NCBI RefSeq assembly: GCF_018350175.1
Contig: NC_058378.1
Span: 71,114,001 to 71,178,000, forward strand
DNA: 64,000 bases
Direction: 5' to 3'
Origin: Felis catus
Taxonomy: Eukaryota
The stretch's first letter is position 1. Every line of letters starts with the position of its first letter. This document shows positions 1-10,121 of this stretch, one piece after another. Position numbers and translations under genes: made by a program. The notes below the pieces were generated by a model. The model did no database searches. It was given only the letters and a program-made list of their open reading frames with translations, and was not told the DNA's origin.

Positions 1-72
1 GTCACATCCTAAGGACCTGAGGGCTGGGACTTGCACATATGAATTTGGAGGAAGACAATTCAGTCCCTAACA
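1..72 (-). mobile_element. MLT1-type (ERVL-MaLR) LTR 5' end fragment
   Basis: Reverse complement tgttagggactgaattgtcttcctccaaattcatatgtgcaagtccc resembles the MLT1 start. Confidence 0.65.
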
Positions 73-352
73 GTGCAGGGTCCGTTGAGCCTGTAATTCA
101 CACAGGGCCTTAGGGAGCCCATCACTGAGTGCCCTTGACATCGGCCACCCGGCCCCTGCTTTACGTGCCTCACTCGCTTTCTGTCCCCTCTTTGCCACAG
201 ACTTCGTGGCTAGTTTCCTAGTGGTCCCAAGGGAAGAAGGGAGCTGGGCCCTGGTGGGGCGCAGGGTGGTCTGCCAGATTCCCGCCTCTGGCCAAACCCC
301 TTCAAGCCTCTGAGCTGACGTGCTAGGCTCTTAATGGGCCTCTCTCCGATAG

Positions 353-460
353 GCGCCTGTGACTCGCAGCCCTGCCAGAATGGAGGCACGTGTGTTCCAG
401 AAGGACTGGACAGGTACCACTGCCTCTGCCCACCAGCCTTCGGAGGGGAGGCTAACTGCG
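353..460 (+). CDS. VWA2: VWA2 exon, EGF-like domain 1 (GACDSQPCQNGGTCVPEGLDRYHCLCPPAFGGEANC)
   Basis: AG at 351-352, GT at 461-462, 108 nt, six-Cys EGF pattern; not in the ORF track. Confidence 0.94.
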
Positions 461-960
461 GTACGTATGCACGGGACTTCTGAGACTGACCGTTGGGGAG
501 CCGTGGAACCCGGGCTCCCCCTACCAACCTCCCACCCCGCTAGCTCTAGGTAGAAACTGGCCCTTGAGTTTTAGAGCCACCTACTTTGCAGGCACACCGC
601 CGATCTGTTGTTTTGTGTGATACAGCCTCTGAGTGCTCCACGAATAAATAACTCAGGTGGTGATACCCTGGGTAGGACAGCGGCCCCTGGCGTATTATCT
701 TTAGAATGGCCACTGCTTGCTCTTTGAGCATGGCTGAGTTCAGGTGCAGGCTGACGCCAGTCCGACTCTCAGTCCTGGTTGTGGGCAGTCTCTTCTCCCC
801 TCTCATAGGAACAGGAGCAAAGGGCCTAACGCCTGGTATGAGATGAAAATTATAGTAGGCTTTACCCTGCAGGGTTGCTGGGCATTTTAAATGAGGTAGA
901 TGGAAAGTGCTTTGTAACAAGGCTTGACACAGAGTAGGAGCTTATTAAACAAAAACTTTA

Positions 961-1238
961 AAATATATATATATTTATTATATATAAAAAATATATATTT
1001 ATTATATATATTATATGTTATAATATATTGATAATACATATTTATTATAGATAATATATTATTTAATTATATTATACAAATANNNNNNNNNNNNNNNNNN
1101 NNNNNNNNNNNNNNNNNNNNNNNNNNNNNNNNNNNNNNNNNNNNNNNNNNNNNNNNNNNNNNNNNNNNNNNNNNNNNNNNNNNNNNNNNNNNNNNNNNNN
1201 NNNNNNNNNNNNNNNNNNNNNNNNNNNNNNNNNNNNNN
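961..1238. repeat. AT-rich/(TA)n low-complexity tract running into an assembly gap (N 1083-1238)
   Basis: Directly visible. Confidence 0.95.
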
Positions 1239-1259
1239 TAAAAAATAATAACTTAAAAA

Positions 1260-1505
1260 ACGTAGTGTTGGGTCAACTGGAGATCTCTATGGAAGAACAC
1301 AATCTTGACCCCCTACCTTCTAAGAGACACAGAAATCAGTTCCGGATGGATCGTAGATCTAAACGTAAAAGACAAAGCAGTGAAGTTTCTGGAAGAAAAC
1401 GTGGCATATCTTCCTGATTTGAGGTAGACAAAGATTTCTCACAGGGACACAAGAAGCACTAACCATAATGGAAGAAAGTTCTAAGTTACAGTTTAAGTTT
1501 TAAAA
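1260..1505 (+). mobile_element. Old L1 ORF2 fragment
   Basis: Matches L1 motifs such as gatctaaacgtaaaa..., tttctggaagaaaac and aaagatttc. Confidence 0.7.
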
Positions 1506-1734
1506 AGTGGCCAGACGGAGACCCGTAGTGAGAGCCAGGAGGGAGAGCCGTGTCCGGGCCGGTGTAACTCTGTGCCATGCGCCCCAGCCCGTGTCGCCTG
1601 CTTCTCTGCCCCGTCTCCCTCCTGGAAGGGAGGTGTCTCCTGCTTGGTGTAGTGGCTGGGCATCTCGGGTGGGACAGCGACCTCCATGCTCCAGGGGGTC
1701 ATAGCGTGACTGACGGCTGCTGTGATCCCGGCAG

Positions 1735-2307
1735 CCCCGAAGCTGAGCCCGGAATGCAGAATCGACGTCCTCTTCCTGCTGGCCAGCTCAGCGGACACCA
1801 CCCTGGAGGGCTTCCTGCGGGCCAAGGCCTTCGTGAAGCAGTTTGTGCAGGCCTCACTGGGCGAGGACTCCCGGGCCCGCGTGGGTGTGGCCCGCTACAG
1901 CAGCGAGCTGATGGTGGCCGTGCCCGTGGGCGAGTACCAGGACGTGCCGGACCTGCTCAGGAGCCTGGATGGCATCTCCTTCGGCGGGGGCGCCACCCTA
2001 ACGGGCAGCGCCTTGTGGCAGGCGGCTGAGCGCGGCTTCGGGAGCGCCGCCAGGACGGGCCAGGACCGTCCCCGCAGAGTGGTGGTCCTGCTCACCGAGT
2101 CACCCTCCCAGGATGACGTGGCCGGCCCGGCGCGTCGTGCGAGGGCCCGAGAGCTGCTCCTGCTGGGAGTGGGCACCGAGGCCGTGCGGGCAGAGCTGGA
2201 GGAGATCACAGGCAGCCCAGAGCGCGTCCTGGTCTACGCCGGCCCACGTGACCTGTTCCGCCAAACCCGTGAGCTGCAGGGGAAGCTGTGCAGCCGGCCG
2301 CCGCCAG
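1735..2307 (+). CDS. VWA2: VWA2 exon, second VWA domain (APKLSPECRIDVLFLLASSAD...QGKLCSRPPP)
   Basis: cag acceptor ending 1734, CAG|gtgag donor at 2308; core of ORF 1722..2546. Confidence 0.95.
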
Positions 2308-2359
2308 GTGAGGTCCCAGGACTCCACGGTGCTTCCTCTTACGAGGCGTTAAAACAGGG

Positions 2360-2660
2360 TGCATTTGTCATAGCTAATGAATCCACAAATATATTATTAT
2401 TTACTAAGGTCTATACTTTGTTCAGATCTTGGTCTCTACCTAGTGGCCTTTTTTTGTTCCAAGGATTCTGTCCAGGACCCTGCGTTATAGTTGCCCATCA
2501 TGCCTTCCTAGGCTTCCCCGGGCTTCTCAGATATTCCTTGTGCTGACGTGGTGTTTAAAAACCGACAAATCCGATCCACTGGCTCCCCTCTGCACTTGGC
2601 AGAAAACCCAGACTCCTTCCGCTGGCTTCTGAGAGCTCCCTGTGGCTGGTTCCTGAGATC
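2360..2660 (-). mobile_element. Old L1 (L1MC/MD-like) 3' fragment
   Basis: AT-rich segment resembling antisense L1M 3' UTR. Confidence 0.5.
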
Positions 2661-3487
2661 TGTCTGCAGCCCCAGCACGGTGTGGGGTGGGGGTGAGGGG
2701 GTCCAGCCACTCGGGGCCTCCCCCTGCCTCAGGACCCCACCCACCCCTCAGCTCACACTTCTCACAGAGAGGCCCTGACTTCTCCCGATCGGCTTTTGTG
2801 CTCCTGCTGGTCCCTCTCACAGTACCCTGGCTCGGGCCCCCAAGCCTGCTCACGGAATTTGTAATTCCGTGTGGGTCTCCTGTCTGTCACCCCACAGACA
2901 GCCCCTTGAAGCGGGGCGTGGGCCCATCTTGTTCACTTGGTACAGTCAGCGCCTCGAGTCCAGTTCATGGCACGCGGAGGGTGCCCAGGAAGGGAATGGA
3001 TGAGGGTGCGGGCGAGTTGCTGTCCCAGAGGGTCCCCGGAGCCCAGTGGCTTACAGCCGATTTAGACATTTCTTCCTCTCACAGTTAGGAGGTGAGTGTG
3101 GCCTCAGCCAGCAGGGTGGCTTGGCTCTCTTGTGCCGCCTCTGGGCCTGAGGTCCTTGTGTCTCAGCCAGCAGGAGGTGGGGAGAAGGAAAGTAGGAGGG
3201 AGAGCTTCCTCTCGAGGACAGGGTTTGGAGACCGCACGGTCGTTTCCGACCACATCCCGTGAGACAGGTGTGGCCATCTGCCTCAGCTCTCTCTGCCGGG
3301 GAGTCTGGGAATGCGGTCTAGCCTGGCATTCGTGTGTCCTCACGTTCGAGGAGCGGGCGGAGGGTGGCGGCTGCAGCGGCCGACTGGCTGGCCCAACCCA
3401 GGGCGGCCCCCCTTTCTGGCCTGGTGCCGAGGAGGGGGCTCCGCTGGGCAGGGCCTGGCCCGGGGCTCACTCTGCTTGTCCCCGCAG

Positions 3488-4039
3488 GCTGCCAGGCGCG
3501 GTCCCTGGACCTGGTCTTCGCGTTGGATGCCTCGGCCTCCGTGGGGCCCGAGAACTTCGCCCAGATGCAGAGTTTCGTGAGGAGTTGCGCGCTCCGGTTT
3601 GACGTGAACCCCGACGTGACGCAGGTCGGCCTGGTGGTTTACGGCGGCCAGGTCCGCGTGGCCTTCGGGCTGGACACCCACGCCACCCGCGCCGCGGTGC
3701 TGCGGGCCGTGAGCCAGGCCCCCTACCTGGGCGGGGTGGGCTCGGCGGGCACAGCCTTGCTGCACATCCATGACAGGGTGATGACGGTCCAGAGGGGCGC
3801 CCGGCCTGGTGTCCCCAAGGCTGTGGTGGTGCTCACAGGCGGGCTGGGGGCGGAGGACGCGGCTGTCCCCGTCCGGAAGCTGAGGAACAATGGCGTCTCT
3901 GTCCTGGTGGTGGGCGTGGGGCCCGTGCTGAGGGAGGCGCTGCGGAGGCTCGCGGGTCCCCGGGACTCCCTGCTCCACGTGGCAACCTACGCAGACCTGA
4001 GGCACCACCAGGACGCGCTCATCCAGTGGATATGTGGAG
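3488..4039 (+). CDS. VWA2: VWA2 exon, third VWA domain (GCQARSLDLVFALDASASVGPENF...IQWICG)
   Basis: cccgcag acceptor, GAG|gtgag donor, DxSxS MIDAS motif (DASAS); core of ORF 3334..4239. Confidence 0.96.
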
Positions 4040-4729
4040 GTGAGCGGGGGAGTCCACACCCTTCATTGTTGCTTCCGGGGTGGGGCTGGGGGCACTCAGC
4101 CTGCGCCCTTGGGTGCGTCATCGCCAGGATGGCAGCGCCCCCCAGCTGCCCCCGCGCGTTCCGTGCGCTGGCTTCTCTGCTAAATCCCCGCTCTGGTGAA
4201 ACCCTGCCCCAGGCGCAGCTGACCCAATCTGACATTTAAGGTGCAGAGAATTTGAGTAACAAAAAAAAATCCCTCTCTCCCGACTTGAGAGGTTTTGTAC
4301 CTCGTTTGAACAGAAGCCATCCCTAGGATACCCGCAGACGCCCCCAGGAATCTGAGGGCCCGGGTTGACACTGACCTAGGTAGTGAATGACAGAGCTGGG
4401 AACAAACATGGCCAGGCCAGCCTGACCCCAGGGCCTCCTTTTGCCAGTGACCTCCTTCCTGCTGTTTTAAAAGTGCGTCGGTGATAATAATGGTAAACAC
4501 TGCTATGTGCACAGCATGTTAGAGAGAGAGTCTCCATACGCAGCAGGGAAGGAAGGCTGTGTGGACGCCGGGTCTGTGACCTAGCCAAGCAGTGTGGGGC
4601 ACCAACCACGTGCCAACCTCCAAGCTGCTGCTCTACTCCAGGGGCCTCACCTCTGTTCTGGGCTTCCTTGGAGTCGAGGGCCTTGGGGCTGACCTGGGCT
4701 GGGCCTGCTGGGCACGTTCTCCCTTCTAG

Positions 4730-4855
4730 AAGCCAAGCGGCCCGTCAACCTCTGCAAACCCAGCCCGTGCATGCACGAGGGCACCTGCATCCTGCAGAAC
4801 GGGAGCTACCGCTGCGAGTGCCAGGACGGCTGGCAGGGCCCCCACTGTGGGAAAC
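4730..4855 (+). CDS. VWA2: VWA2 exon, EGF-like domain 2 (EAKRPVNLCKPSPCMHEGTCILQNGSYRCECQDGWQGPHCGK)
   Basis: cccttctag acceptor, AAC|gtaagt donor, six-Cys EGF pattern, 126 nt. Confidence 0.95.
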
Positions 4856-5721
4856 GTAAGTGGGGCTCTCGCTCTGCACGTGGGAGCTGGGGGTGGCCCT
4901 CAGACCCGCTGAGCCCCAGGGACTCCGCCGAAGGCAGCTTCTAGGGCGTTCGCTCAACAGAAGGACTCATGCAGTCGTTTGTCGTTCCCGCGCGAGACAT
5001 TGAGCGGGGCCGCCTGCACCCTGGGCGCCGTTCTAGGTGCGCGGAATATGGCAGTAAACAAGCAGTCCTGTCCTGCCGGAGCTCCCATGCCAGCGGGGGA
5101 GACGGACAGGGAGCAGGTGCAACATGCAGCGTGTGGGTGCTGAGCATATCCTGGGAGGGAGGTCTCCCAGGGGGGCCTGGGCCGGGAGCGCAGTGGAGGC
5201 GGGGTGTCTGGGAGACAGAGGACGCAGGCACCGATGCGGGTTGGTGGGGACAGGGTGGGGGGTGGAGGCTGGGGGGAGTTCTTTTTTGAACGTGTCTCCC
5301 CTCTCAGCGAAATGGGAGGAACAGCCGTCAGCAGAGAGTGAGGACAGGAGGGGGCACTGGCGGTTTGAGGACAGCTCGGGAACTGTCCAGGAGAGAAGGG
5401 GCCTCAACCAGACGGAGAGTAATGTTGGGCAGCCTTACGGGCCCACTGTGGCTCCTGCTCTTGAATTTCAAGTTAGGGGAGCCAGCGACCAGAAGATGCC
5501 CCTGGGAGCTTTGGGTTTTCGGCCACTGGCTGAGCAAGGCTGTCTGAGGCCGGGGAGTGGACCTGAAGGGCGCCGACAGGGCCTCTGATCTGGCACATGG
5601 GCTCGGGCTCGGGCTCGGGCTCTGGAGGAAGGGAGAGCCACCCAGGGCCCCACAGGCTGCCATTTGGCTGAAAAGATGACTCAGACACTCCTCCTGTTCT
5701 CAAGGTTCATCTCTCTCCCAG

Positions 5722-5810
5722 GGTCCTTGAGAGGAGATGCCCCCGAGGCCCGTGGCTCCCGCCGAGACCCCTCCCAGCAACTGCCCAGGTCTGAGCACCC
5801 TGGGCGCTGA
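5722..5810 (+). CDS. VWA2: VWA2 terminal coding exon (RSLRGDAPEARGSRRDPSQQLPRSEHPGR*)
   Basis: ctctctcccag acceptor (AG 5720-5721), phase 1 continues the frame, TGA at 5808-5810; LRGDAP resembles the remembered mouse AMACO tail. Confidence 0.85.
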
Positions 5811-7403
5811 AACTGCCGTGGCATCCGTGGAGCATCCTGCCTCCGGCTCCGCGCAGAACCCTCCCGCCCACGTGCCTCCGCCACAAAGAGCTGTCCCGGC
5901 TGCAGACCGTGCTGCTTGGGGACACAGCGACACCTGACTCCACCACTAATGCTGATGTTGAAAAGTCTTGACATGTAAGTATTTGGTTGCTGTGCCTGGC
6001 TGTGCCCCGGTGAGCTCGTGTCGTCGGCCGCCTTTCCCCTGAGGAGAAACAAAGGAGCGTGGAGACTCCCGATGGCCTGTTTGAAGCAACCTTGGCCCTC
6101 ACCAGATGCTAAATAGGATGTCGTTGGGAACGGTAATAGGAGGAGGCGCGGACTAGAGTGGTGTTTGGACCACTGAAGCCACGGCATTTCGAGATGGAAA
6201 AAGTGTGGACCTTTTCACACCTCTTTTGCCAAAGATTTCCTAGTGCGTTTGCTTTCGGTTCGCCAAGGGGCTTGTGTGGCATTTGTGACTTCTTCTGGTT
6301 TCTGGATCTGTGCGTGGCAAAGACCTAAAAAAGGCTCGGGACTGGAATGTGACCACTAACCAACTTGTTTGACTATGGGGGAGGGGCCAGGTGAAGATGT
6401 CCCAGGTCCTGGGCTACATTCCCTTTGGGGGGGCTTCCTCGAGAGATTATGTAGGGGGGCTACTTGGGGGGTGTTTATTGCTTGCTTTTTTTTTCTTAGG
6501 ACAAAGAGGATTGGAATTCTTAAACAAATACAGCATAAAGAAACCTAGAGGGTGTTGGCGTTTTTTAAGCATCGATCTTATGTTATCTAAGTGGCTTTGC
6601 TTCTCGCTAAAGGAATGTCTCAAGATATGATGTTGGTTACTTAACAGGACCCGTGTGGCAAAAAGGCTTTTTAGTTGGAGTGTTTTCTGGCAAACCAGGT
6701 ACTTACCCCTGCAGTGTTTAGGAATCAGTCCTTCCCCTTGGTTGTGGTCCTTTCGCTTTGGGTTTTCAGTAGAAACCTTTGTGGAGCTGTGACCTACATC
6801 CAGATATCCAGATACTTTGTCTTTTCTTTTTAATGTAAATAATGTAAATGTTTTACATGCAAATATTCAAGGCTGCTTTGACCTGAAGTACTTGAAGAGG
6901 CCGCCTGAGGGTATCCTTAGACATTTCAAATGAAAGGTCCAGAGTACCAAGCACCTTCATGACAGTCATTTGTGTTCAGGGATATTTTCACTCCTGTTAC
7001 TACTTTAGCCTGGGCAGGTGACATCAGAGCAGGGATGTCCACCTGGCAGGTGCTGATGGGTGATGTCTGAGAACTTACATGAACCCACAGTCTTTAACAG
7101 CAAGTTTAATCATTTTACAGTGTAGTCTCTTTGGGTCAGGGCTGATATTTGGACATCCCATTTGAATTGCTTTGACTTAAAAAAAAAAAACCCCACAGAC
7201 TTACACATTAAAACACTGCTTCTATTTTTAGATCCCAGACCTTGAGCCTTTTTTTTTTTTTTCCTTTTCTGGGGAAGGTACCACTGAATAATTCAACCGT
7301 CTCAGCATCCCAATAGTGGCAGAGAGAATTCCTATCTTATTGCCTAACCAGCCAAGACTTTTTCTTTCTTTTAAAAGAAACTGGCCTTTTTTAACTAACT
7401 AGA

Positions 7404-7622
7404 TTTTTTTTTAATTTAACGTTTATTCATTTTGAGAGACAGACACACACACACAATGAGCAGGGGAGGGGCAGAGAGAGAGGGAGACACAGAATCTGAA
7501 GCAGGCTCCAGGCTCTGAGCTGTCAGCACAGAGCCCAACGTGGGGCTCGAACTCACAAGCTGTGAGATCATGATGTGAGCCGAAGTCAGACGCTTAACCT
7601 CCTGAGCCACTCAGTCATTTCC
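7404..7622 (-). mobile_element. Can-SINE (SINEC_Fc-like)
   Basis: Antisense tRNA-derived body, (GA)n tract, T tail; TSD taactaactaga on both sides. Confidence 0.92.
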
Positions 7623-7657
7623 TAACTAACTAGAATTTAAATAAAAACTTGAAGCTA

Positions 7658-7848
7658 GTGGCTCAGTTGGTTAAATGTCCGACTTTAGCTCAGGTCATGA
7701 CCTTGCAGTTCGTGAGTTCGAACCCTGCGTCGGGCTCTGTGCTGACAGCTCAGAGCCTGGCTCCTGCCTCGGATTCTGTGTCTCCCTCTCTCTCTGCCCC
7801 TCCCCCCGCTCACCCTCTGTCCCTTAAAAATAGAACATTAAAAAAAAA
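7658..7848 (+). mobile_element. Can-SINE, slightly 5'-truncated
   Basis: gtggctcagttggttaa...gagttcgaaccc (A/B boxes), CT tract, A tail. Confidence 0.9.
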
Positions 7849-7879
7849 TGTTCTCCTTGGAAAAATTAAAACAGTGCAA

Positions 7880-8490
7880 ATAGGTCATAAATTTTATTTT
7901 CTGAATGATCCTGATTGCAGCCACCTTGCTAGACGCTCTACTCCTGTTGTTAATTTGCTTTTCTAGAAAGGTATTTGTAAATAATCAGTCTTATTTCTTC
8001 CTTTTGATATTTGTGCTAGTACTTTGTCATGTCGTTTTGCATTGTCTAGGGACCTCCAGAATAATGTTTTAAAGAGTAGTGGTATCTGTTTCTGGACCCG
8101 AAGCAATCTCCCATCATGATATGTTATTTTTGTGGATTACTTTATCAGGTTAGGAATACTTCTTTCTATTCCTGGATTACGAAGAGTGTTTATTAGGAGT
8201 ATTGAGGTTTGTGGTATACTCTTCTGTTTCCTTTGAGATGATGTTCTTTTTCACATTTAATCTGTTCATATCATAAATGGCCCATTAGTATAGTTTTAAT
8301 CGTTGAACCACTGTTGCTTCCGTGGATAAACATGACCAGGTCACGCTGCATGATTCTTTAAACACTGTTGAATTTCACTTGCCAATATTCGGGGTTTTTT
8401 TTCATTTTTGTCCCCAAAAATGAGATTTGGTTTTTCTTTGGTGATTTGTGTTGGATTTTTGGTATCAGAACTATGCTAGAACTTTATAAA
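7880..8490 (-). mobile_element. Old L1 ORF2 remnant
   Basis: T-rich antisense L1M-like sequence (ctagggacctccagaataatg, ttctattcctgg, ttgaacca). Confidence 0.65.
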
Positions 8491-8919
8491 ACGGAAAAGA
8501 CATACTCCTGAAACTTAAGGGCCTTTTACGTTGTCTTTTTATTAGTGATTTCAACGAGCCAGATTTTGTCCTTTTTGAAATAAGCGCATTCGCGCATGGA
8601 ACTTTTCGCTCCTTAGGCAACCTTCCAAGTATCGGCCCGTTTCTTTGCCGCAAGAATGATTTAGGAGTGTGTTTAACTTCCGGGCGTATTGATTTTCAGT
8701 CACGTATCTGCAGAAACCGATCACACAGGTTTCCTTTGTGTTCTGTACAGTTACACTGTGAAAATCCTTTTCAGCCTTACTGACGCTGGGATCACACTGC
8801 CACCAGTTTTTACTGGACGTATTTTCAAGTCTAGTAGGTAAATAACCAAGACGTTGCCCCCTGGAGGCAGAAGTCACCAGGCACTGCCCCAAATAATTCC
8901 GTGAAATAACAAGGAAAAA

Positions 8920-10121
8920 CCCAAAATACAATTAACGTTTTATTAAAAAAAAAAAAAAAAATCGAACTCATCACTTGGTAAAGGGCACCAAGCGTATATA
9001 GCACAAAGAAAATAAATGCCCTGGGATTAGAAAGACCGTAGAAATCAAAAGAATTTTAGTTCTCAGGAACCAGTGTTAGAGAACTCTGATTGATAACCGC
9101 CCCCCACCCCGCCCCCGAAACGAGGCAGAAATGACAGATGAAATGTTTCAATCGGTGTTAACAACAGACACATCAGAAGAGAAGACACAGAAGAACAGCA
9201 CTGCCAATTTTAAGAGGAGAGAGAGTCACCCCGAAACAAAATTCACCACCTTCTTCACGGAAGGGGCCTGGACATTACGCAGAACTTAAATAACTTTTCC
9301 CTTAAAAATGGCCTGGCCACAGGACGGAATCTGTAAACGCTGGGTCATCTTTTCTCCTATGGTAACGTAAAAAGTCCGATCTCAAAAAGATACTTTCAAA
9401 TCTCAAAAAGACACTTTTCGCTGTTCTAAATTACAGGATTTTAAACATTTTTCCCCCCTATATAATACAGCATCACTTAAAATTTTATTTAAAAGCAATT
9501 GATTCAGGCCTGCTTGAGGCTGGGAAAAAAAAAAAAAAAAGTCCTGAACTTAGTGGGGACCTCACCTCAGCTTGGTCCCAAATATTCTCCCCTGTTCCTG
9601 TTTTTTCAAAAAGCATGTCATGGATGGCTTTACACGGGTGATATCGAGGCTGTTTTAAAACCACGGAAGACTGAGTAGGACTTGCTAATGTTGGAGAGAA
9701 GACCCTTGGATGAGAGGTGACAGTCCAGAGTGCAGGTCTTCTCGGTCACCAAAGCCACACGACCAGTGGGTCAGGGTCCTGCTACCTTGATTTCTTTCCC
9801 ACCAAAGTCTCACCATCAGAAGCTTTTCGCTACTTACAAAGCTTGATACAGCAGTTGATGAAAACTTCAAAGAAGAAATACAGAATACACCTGAATACAA
9901 CAATGGATTGTTTCCACTCAGTAGACTTAGGTCTCCAGAGAAGCTCTCTTTTTGTTGTTATATATTATTTCCTTTGGCTCTGAAGACGGACAGAGCCTCC
10001 TCTTAGTGCTCTCCACCTGTAGTACCATAGTCCTTTTTTCTTCTGAACAAAGACTTTAATGAAGCAGGATTGTCACCAAGGTCCACGATGGCAGGAAAAG
10101 TCTTTAGATGAAACTCGTTTC
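8920..10121 (-). other. AFAP1L2: AFAP1L2 3' UTR (approximate 3' end)
   Basis: Runs from the TAG stop to AATAAA at 8944-8939, which is followed by a GT/T-rich downstream element. Confidence 0.7.
8939..8944 (-). terminator. Poly(A) signal AATAAA for AFAP1L2
   Basis: Plus strand TTTATT; minus-strand downstream sequence tgtattttgggtttttccttgtt is GU/U-rich; U17 run upstream. Confidence 0.75.

Larger units (their letters stand above)
353..5810 (+). other. VWA2: VWA2 (AMACO) gene, 3' part: last five coding exons and their introns; 5' exons lie upstream of the window
   Basis: Exons splice in phase (all phase 1) into EGF-VWA-VWA-EGF-tail, matching the remembered mammalian VWA2 sequence; convergent with AFAP1L2, the known neighbour. 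Confidence 0.96.

Noticed and set aside
3340-4059. Antisense ORFs over coding exons (also 11043..11546 and 14154..14801)
   Set aside because: Expected shadows of high-GC3 exons; no independent gene signals
1722-4239. ORFs 1722..2546 and 3334..4239 as standalone genes
   Set aside because: They are VWA2 exons plus intronic run-on; starts are non-ATG and the splice sites delimit the real coding parts
7416-7966. Recurrent short ORFs like AQVMISQFVSSSP...LEPASDSVSPSLSAPP (also at 13227, 21324, 51765, 61008)
   Set aside because: Translations of Can-SINE consensus, not a protein family
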